Below are positions 55,001-64,000 of a stretch of DNA of 64,000 bases, one piece after another. The position numbers were made by a program, and so were the translations under genes. Origin of the DNA: Eledone cirrhosa (lineage: Eukaryota); contig OZ024757.1 of NCBI GenBank assembly GCA_964016885.1, positions 4,092,001 to 4,156,000 of the forward strand, written 5' to 3'. The notes under the pieces are model-generated. The model was not told where the DNA came from, did not search any database, and saw only the letters and a list, made by a program, of their open reading frames with translations. Every line of letters starts with the position of its first letter. Position 1 is the first letter of the stretch.

Positions 55001-58000
55001 ATTTCTTTCCTCAGACATTATAACCGCATGTTTTGTATCTACGGTGATCTCCCAATTCAGAGATTCTTTCCTGAGAAATTCTAACCACATGTCTGTAGTA
55101 TCGGAGGTGTGATGTCTCAATTAAGAGATTCTTCGTGACATATTCTAACCACATGTCTGTAGTATCGGAGCTGTGGTCTCTCAATCCAGAGATCCTTTCC
55201 TCAAACATTTTAACCAAATGTCTGTACTATCAAACTTTTATCATTCAATTCAGAGATTCTTTCCTCCATTCTAACCACATTCTTTGTATCAGAGCTGTGA
55301 TCTCTAAATTCAGAGATGCTTTCCTAACACATTATAATCACATCTCTGTAGTATCTGCTGTGATCTCTCAATTCAGAGATTCTTGCCTCAGACATTCTAA
55401 CCGCAGGTCTGTAGTATCGGAGCTGTGATCTCTCAATTCAGAGATTCTGACCTGACACATTTTAAACACATGTCTGTAGTATCGGAGCTGTGATCTCTCA
55501 ATTCAGAGATTCTTCCTGAGACATTCTAAACACAAGTGCATAATTTCGAAACTCTGATATCTTAATTCAGAGGTTCTTTCCTCAGACATTGTAACCACAT
55601 GTCCATAGTATCGGAGATGTGATCTCTCAATCCAGAGACTCTTTCCTCAGACATTCTAAACAAATGTCCATAGTATCAGAGCTGTGATCTCTCAATTCAG
55701 AGATTCTTTCCTCAGGCATTCAAGCCACATATGCATAGTATTGGATCTGTGATCTCTCAATCAAGCGATTCTTTCCAAAGACATTATAACCACATGTCCA
55801 TAGTATCAGAGCTGTGATCTTTAAATTCAGAGATTCTTTCCTCAGACATTCTAACCACAAGTCTGTAGTATCAGAACTGTGATCTCTCAATTCAGTGATT
55901 CTTTCCTGAGACATTCTAACTCCATGTCTGTAGTATCAGTTGTGATCTCGCAATTCAGAGATTCTTTACTAAGATATCTAACACCATGTCCATAGTATCA
56001 GAGCTGTGATTTCTCAATTCAGAGATTCTTTCCTGAGACATTCAAGCCACATGTCCATAGTATTAGAGCTGTGATCTCTCAATCCAGCGATTCTTTACTA
56101 AGGCATTATAAACACATGTCCATAGTATCAGAACTGTTTATCTCTCAATTCAGTGATTCTTTCCTAAGACATTCTAACTCCATGTCTGTTGAATCAGCTG
56201 TGATCTCCCAATTCAGAGATTCTTTCCTAAGACATTCTAGACACATGTCGATACTATCAGAACTGTGATCTCTCAATGCAGAGGTTCTTTTGTCAGACAT
56301 TCTAGCCACATGTCTATAGTATCGGAGCTGTGATCTCTCAATTTAGAGAATCTTTCCTAAGACATTCTAACCATATGTCCATAGTATCGGAGCTGTGAAC
56401 TCTCAATTCAGAGATTCTTTCCTCAGACACTCTAAACACATGTCTGTAGTATCAGAGCTGTGATCTCTCAATTCAGAGATCTTTGCTCACACATTATAAA
56501 CACATGTCCTTAGTATCAGAGCTGTGATCGCTCAACCCAGTGATTCTTTCTTCAGATATTCTAACCAGATGTCCATAGTATCAGAGCTGTGATCTCTCAA
56601 TCCAGCGATTCTTTATTAAGACATTCTACACACATGTCCATAGTATAAGTGCTATGATCTCTCAATTCAGAATTTCTTTCCTAAGACATTCTAATCACAT
56701 GTCTGTAGTATCAGAGCTGTGATCTCTCAATTCAGAATTTCTTTCCTCAGACATTATAACCGCATGTTTTGTATCTACGGTGATCTCCCAATTCAGAGAT
56801 TCTTTCCTGAGAAATTCTAACCACATGTCTGTAGTATCGGAGGTGTGATGTCTCAATTAAGAGATTCTTCGTGACATATTCTAACCACATGTCTGTAGTA
56901 TCGGAGCTGTGGTCTCTCAATCCAGAGATCCTTTCCTCAAACATTTTAACCAAATGTCTGTACTATCAAACTTTTATCATTCAATTCAGAGATTCTTTCC
57001 TCCATTCTAACCACATTCTTTGTATCAGAGCTGTGATCTCTAAATTCAGAGATGCTTTCCTAACACATTATAATCACATCTCTGTAGTATCTGCTGTGAT
57101 CTCTCAATTCAGAGATTCTTGCCTCAGACATTCTAACCGCAGGTCTGTAGTATCGGAGCTGTGATCTCTCAATTCAGAGATTCTGACCTGACACATTTTA
57201 AACACATGTCTGTAGTATCGGAGCTGTGATCTCTCAATTCAGAGATTCTTCCTGAGACATTCTAAACACAAGTGCATAATTTCGAATCTCTGATATCTCA
57301 ATTCAGAGGTTCTTTCCTCAGACATTGTAAAAACATGTCCATAGTATCGGAGATGTGATCTCTCAATCCAGAGACTCTTTCCTCAGACATTCTAAACAAA
57401 TGTCCATAGTATCAGAGCTGTGATCTCTCAATTCAGAGATTCTTTCCTCAGGCATTCAAGCCACATATGCATAGTATTGGATCTGTGATCTCTCAATCAA
57501 GCGATTCTTTCCTAAGACATTATAACCACATGTCCATAGTATCAGAGCTGTGATCTTTAAATTCAGAGATTCTTTCCTCAGACATTCTAACCACAAGTCT
57601 GTAGTATCAGAACTGTGATCTCTCAATTCAGTGATTCTTTCCTGAGACATTCTAACTCCATGTCTGTAGTATCAGTTGTGATCTCGCAATTCAGAGATTC
57701 TTTACTAAGATATCTAACACCATGTCCATAGTATCAGAGCTGTGATTTCTCAATTCAGAGATTCTTTCCTGAGACATTCAAGACACATGTCCATAGTATT
57801 AGAGCTGTGATCTCTCAATCCAGCGATTCTTTCCTAAGACATTATAAAAACGTGTCTGTAGTATCAGAGCTGTGATCTCCCAATTCAGAGATCTTTCCTC
57901 ACACATTATAGCCACATGTCCTTAGTATCAGAGGTGTGATCGCTCAACCCAGAGATTCTTTCTTCAGATATTCTAACCACATGTCCATAGTTTCAGAGCT

Positions 58001-61000
58001 GAGATCTCTCAATCCAGCGATTCTTTACTAAGACATTCTAAGCACATGTCCATAGTATCAGAGCAGAGATTTCTCAATTCAGAGATTCATTCCTCAGACA
58101 TTCTAACTACATGTCTGTAGTATCAGAATGTGATCTCTCAATTCAGAGATTCTTTTCTCAGACATTCTAACCACATTTTTTTAGTATCGGAGCTGTGATA
58201 TCTCAATTCAAAGATTCTTTCCTCAAACATTCAAGCCACATGTCCATAGTATTACAGCTGTGATCTCTCAATCTAGCGATTCTTTCCTACGACATTATAA
58301 ACACATGTCCATAGTATCAGAACTGTTATCTCTCAATTCAGTGATTCTTTCCTGAGACATTCTAACACCATGTCTGTTGTATGAGCTGTGATATCTCAAT
58401 TCAGAGATTCTTACCCAAGACATTCTAACCACATGTCTGTAGTATCAGAACTGTGATCCCTCAATTCAGAGATTCTTTGCGGATACATTCTAAAAACATG
58501 TCTGTATTATCAGATCTGTGTTCTCTCAATTCAGAGATTCTTTCCTCAGACATTCTAACCACATTTTTTTAGTATCAGAGCTGTGATGTCACAATTCTGA
58601 GATTCTTTCCTCAGACATTTTAACCACATCTCTGTAGTATCAGAGCTGTGATCCTTCAATTCAGAGATCTTTCCTCAGATATTCTAACCTCATGTCCATA
58701 GTATCAGAGCTGTGATCTCTCAATCCAGCGATTCTTTACTAAGACATTCTACCCACATATCAATAGTATCGGAGCTGTGATCTCCCAATACAGAGATCCT
58801 TTCATATGACATTCTAACCACATGTATCAGAGCTGTGATATCTGGAATCAGAGATTCTTCCTGAGACATTCTAACAACATGTCCATAGTATCAGTGCTGT
58901 GATCTCTCAATTGAGAGACTCTTTCCTCAAATATTCAGGTCACATGTCCATAGTATCGGAGCTGTGATCTCTCAATTCAAAGATTCTTTGCTGAGACATT
59001 CTAACCACATTTCTGTATAATCAGAACTGTGCTCTCTCAATTCAGGGATCCTTTCCTCACACATTCTCACCACATGTCTATAGAATCAGAGCTGTGATCT
59101 CTCAATTCAGAGATTCTTTCCTCAGACATTCTAACCACATGTGCATAGTATCGGAGCTGTGATCTCTCAATTCAGTGATTTTTGCCCAAGACATTCTAAC
59201 CACATGTTTGAAGTACCGGAGTGTGATCTCTCAATTCAGAGATTCTTCCTGAGACATTCTAAACACACGTGCATAGTATCGGAGCTCTGATATCTCAATT
59301 AAGAGATACTTTCCTCAGACTTTGTAAACACATGTCCATACTATCGGAGCTGTGATCTCTCAATCCAGCGATTCTTTCCTCAGACATTGTAACCACATGT
59401 CCATAGTATTGGAGCTGTGATCTATCAATCCAGCGATTCTTTCCGGAGACATTATAAACACATGTCCATAGTATCTGTTGTGATCTCTCATTTTATAACC
59501 ACATGTCTGTAGTATCGGAGCAGTCATCACTCAATTCAGAGATTCTTTCCTCAGACATTCTAACCACAATTCTGTAGTATCGGAGCTGTGATCTCTCAAT
59601 TCAGAGATTCTGTCCTGACACATTCTAACCCTATGTCTGTAGTATCGGAGGTGTGATATCTCAATTCAGAGATTCTTCCTAACACATTCTAAACACATGT
59701 CTGTATTTTCGGAGCTGTGATCTCTCAATCCAGAGATTCTTTCCTCAGACATTCTAACCACATGTCCATAGTATCGGAGCAGTCATCTCTCAATTCAGAG
59801 ATTCTTTCTTCAGACATTCTAAACACATGTCCATAGTATCAGAGCTGTGAACTCTCCATCCAGAGATTCTTTCCTCAGACATTCTAACCACATGTCTGTA
59901 GTATCAGAGCTGTGATCTCTCAATTCAGAGATTCTTACCTGAGTCATTCTAACCACATGTCCATAGTATCGCCGCAATGATCTCTCAATCCACCGATTCT
60001 TTACTAAGACATTCTACCAATATTTTCATAGTATCAGAGCTGTGATCTCTCAATTCAGAGATTCTTTCCTCAAACATTCAAGCCACATATCCATAGTGTT
60101 AAATCTGTGATCTCTCAATCCAGCGGTTCTTCCTAAGACATTCTGACCCCATGTAAATAGTATCGGAGCTGTGATCTCTAAATCATCAGACATTCTAAAC
60201 ACGTGTCTATAGTATCTCAGCTGTGATCTCTCAATTCAAAGATTCTTTACCGAGACATTCTAAACATATATCTGTAGTATCAGAACTGTGATCCTTCAAT
60301 TCAGAGATTCTTTCCTGAGAATTTAAAGCCAGATGCCTGTAGTATCAGAGCTGTCATCGCTCAATTCAGAGATTCTTTCCTCAGATATTCAAGCCACAAT
60401 TGCTTAGTATTAGAGCTGTGATCTCTCAATTCAGTGATTCTTTCTTGAGACATTCTAACTACATGTCTGTTGTATCGGAGCTGTGATATCTCAATTCAGA
60501 GATTCTTTCCTGGCACATTCTAACTACATGTCTGTAATATAGGAGCAGTGATCTCTCAATCAGGCGATTCTTTACTAAGACATTCTACCAACATGTCCAT
60601 AGTATCAGAGCTGTGATCTCTCAATTCAGAGATTCTTTCCTCAAACATTCAAGCCACATGTCCATAGTATTAAATCTGTGATCTCTCAATCCAGCGATTT
60701 TTCCTAAGACGTTCTAACCCCATGTACATAGTATCGGAGCTGTGATCTCTAAATTCAGAGTTTCCTTCCTTAGACATTATAACCACATGTCTGTATATCG
60801 GAGGTGTGATATCTCAATTCAGAGATTCTTTCCACAGATATTCACGACACATGTCCATACTATTAGAGCTGTGATCTCTCAATCCAGCGATTCTTTCCTC
60901 AGAGATTCTAACCACATGTCCATATTATCAGAGCTGTTATCTATCAATTCAGAGATTCTTTCCTCAGATATTCAAGCCACATGGCCATAGTATCAGAGCT

Positions 61001-64000
61001 GTGATCTCTCAATTCAGAGATTCTTTCCTGAGACATTATAAACAAATGTCTGTATTATCGGAGCAGTGATCTCTCCATTCAGTGATTTTTTCCTCAGACA
61101 TTCTAAAGACATGTCTGTAGTATCGGAGCTGTGATCCCTCAATTCAGAGATTCTTTTCTGACACATTCTAACCACATGTCTGTAGTATCGGAGCAGTGAT
61201 CTCTCAATCCAGTGATGTTTACTAAGACATTCTACCCACATGTCCATAGTATGGGGGCTGTGATCTCTCAATTCAGAGATTCTAACCACATGTCTTTAGT
61301 ATCGGAGCTGTGATCTCTCAATTCAGAGATTCTTTCCTCAGACATTCTAACCACATGTCCATAGTATCAGAGCTGTGATCTCTCAATTCGAAGTTTTTTT
61401 CCGAAGACTTTCTAACCACATGTCCATAGTATCGGAGCTGTGAACTCTCAATCCAGAGATTCTTTCCTCAGACATTCTAACCACATGTCCATAGTATCAG
61501 AGCTGTGATCTCTCAATTCAGAGATTCTTTCCTCAGACATTCTAACCTCATGTCTGTAGTATCGGAGCTGTGATCTCTCAATTCAGAGATTCTTTCCTCA
61601 GACATTCTAACCACATGTCTGTAGTATCACAGCTGTGATCACTCAGTTCAGAGATTCTTTCCTGAGACATTATAACCACATGTCTGTAGTATCTGCTGTG
61701 ATCTCTCAATTCAGAGATTCTTTCCCAGATATACTAATCTGATCCCATAGTATTAGAGCTGTGATCTCTCATTCCATTGATTCTTTACTAAGAAATTCTA
61801 ACCAAATGTCCATAGTATGGGAGCTGTGTTCTCTCAATTCAGATATTCTTTTCTCAGACATTCTAACCATATGTCCATAGTATCGGATCTGTGATCTCAC
61901 AATTCAGAGATTCTTTCCTCAGACATTCTAACCACATGTCTGTAGTATGTACTATGATCTCCCATTTCTGAGATTCTTTCCTGAGACATTCTAACCACAT
62001 GTCCGTATTATCAGAGCTGTGATCTCTCAATCCAGAGGCTCTTTCCTCCGACATTCTAACCACATGTCTGTATATCAGAGCTGTGATCTCTCAATTCAGA
62101 GATTCTTTCCTCAGACATTCTAACCACATGTCTGTAGTATCGCAGCTGTGATTTCTCAAATCGGAGTTTTTTTCCGAAGACTTTCTAACCACATGTCCAT
62201 AGTATCGGAGCTGTGAACTCTCAATCCAGAGATTCTTTCATCAGACATTCTAACCACATGTCTGTTGTCTCAGAGCTGTAATCCCTCAATTCAGAGATTC
62301 TTTCCTGAAACATTATAACCACATGTCATTAGTATGAGAGCTGTGATATCTCAATTCAGAGATTCTTTCCTCAGACATTCTAACCACATGTCTGTATTAG
62401 CACAGCTGTGATCTCTCAATTCAGAGATTCTTTCCTCAGACATTCTAACCACATGTCAGTAGTATCGGAGCTGTTATCTCTAAATCATCAAACATTCTAA
62501 ACACATGTGTGTAGAATCAGAGCTGTGATATCTCAATTAAGAGATTCTTTCCTCAGACATTCTAACCACATGTCCATAGTATCAGAGCTGTGATCTCTCA
62601 ATTCAGAGATTCTTTCCTCAGATATTCAAGCCACAAGTCCATAGTATTAGAGTTGTGATCTCTCAACTCAGAGATTCTTGCTGACACATTATAACCACAT
62701 GTCTGTAGTATCAGAACTGTGATCTCTCAATTCAGAGATTCTTTCCTCAAACATTCAAGTCACATGTTCATAGTATTAAATCTGTGATCTCTCTATCCAG
62801 CGATTCTTCCTAAGACATTCTAACCCCATGTCCATAGTATCGGAGCTGTGATCTCTCAATCCAGAGATTCTTTCCTCAGACATTCTACCCACATGTCCAT
62901 AGTATTAGAGTTGTGATATCTCAATTCAGAGATTCTTTCATCAGACATTCTAACCACAAGTCTGTAGTATCGGAGCTGTGATCTCTCAATCCAGAGATAC
63001 TTTCCTCAGACATTCTAAATACATGTTTATAGTATCGGAGCTGTGATATCTCAATTCAAAAATTCTTTACCGAGTGATTCCAAACATATGTCTGTAGTAT
63101 CAGAACTGTGATCTCTCAATTCAGAGATTCTTTCCCGAGACATTATAACCACATGTCTGTAGTATCGTTGCAGTGATCTCTCAATTTAGAGATTTTTTCC
63201 TCAGACATTCTAAACACATGTCTGTAATATCGGAGCTGTGATCTCTCAATCCAGCGATTCTTTACTAAGACATTCTACCAACATGTCCATAGTATCAGAG
63301 CTGTGATCTCTCAATTCAGAGATTCTTTCCTCAAACATTCAAGCCACATATACATAGTATTAAATCTGTGATCTCCCAATCCAGCGATTCTTCCTCAGAC
63401 ATTATAACTACATGTATGTAGTATCTACTGTGATCTCCCAGTTCAGAGATTCTTTCCTCAGACATTCTAAATACATGTCTGTAGTATCAGAGCTGTGATC
63501 TCTCAATTCAGAGATTCTTTCCTCAGACATTCTAACCACATGTCAGTAGTATCGGAGCTGTGATATCTCAATTCAGAGATTCTTTCCTCAGATATTCTAA
63601 TCACATGTCCATTGTATCAGAGCTGTGATCTCTCAATTCAGAGATTCCTTCCTCAGATATTCAAGCCACAAGTCCATAGTATTAGAGCTGTGATCTCTCA
63701 ATTCAGTGATTCTTTCTTAAGACATTCTAACTACATGTCTGTATTATCAGCTGTGATCTCTCAATTCAGAGATTCTTTCATGAGACATTCTAACTACATG
63801 TCTGTAGTATCGGAGCTGTGATCTCTCAATCCAGACATACTTTCCTCAGACATTCTAAACAAATGTCTATATTATCGGAGCTGTGATCTCTCAATTTAAA
63901 GATTCTTTACCGAGACATTCTAAACATATGTCTGTAGTATCGGAGCTGTGATGTCTCAATTCAGAGATTCTTTCCCGAGACATTATAAACACATCTCTGT
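49055..64000. repeat. 65-bp satellite array (TCTCAATTCAGAGATTCTTTCCTCAGACATTCTAACCACATGTCCATAGTATCAGAGCTGTGATC), runs off the window
   Basis: Continuous tandem monomers. Period of 65 verified at 61446/61511. Confidence 0.97.
51220..57830. repeat. Higher-order repeat block, period 1736 bp (about 27 monomers)
   Basis: Identical spurious ORFs recur at 52599/54335/56071, 53399/55135/56871 and 52248/53984/55720/57456. Confidence 0.92.

Noticed and set aside
49055-64000. CRISPR array or hammerhead-containing satellite (CTGAGGA on the minus strand)
   Set aside because: Monomers are contiguous with no unique spacers and no cas genes. CTGAGGA overlaps the only GAAA, and no stems I-III can be formed.

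Overview
AT-rich, microsatellite-dense animal genomic DNA, probably octopus or another cephalopod. That assignment is an inference from a tRNA/CORE-type SINE and the repeat content. No host gene is recognisable. Positions 1-49 kb are nested retroelements: RTE LINEs with a bipartite non-autonomous RTE derivative, R4/Dong-like RLE retrotransposons sitting in (CATA)n tracts, and two lineages of Penelope-like elements (PLEs). One PLE has an uninterrupted RT + GIY-YIG ORF arranged as a 2.4-kb inverted repeat. The other lineage is Naiad-like. Reading the DNA directly shows about 11 type I hammerhead ribozyme motifs, some intact and some degenerate. They include a non-coding 591-bp tandem unit whose hammerheads carry a compensatory U3-A8 core (retrozyme-like), and a family with a conserved C-C mismatch in stem II. 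Positions 49-64 kb are a 65-bp satellite with a homogenised 1736-bp higher-order repeat. Most listed ORFs are microsatellite or antisense artefacts.
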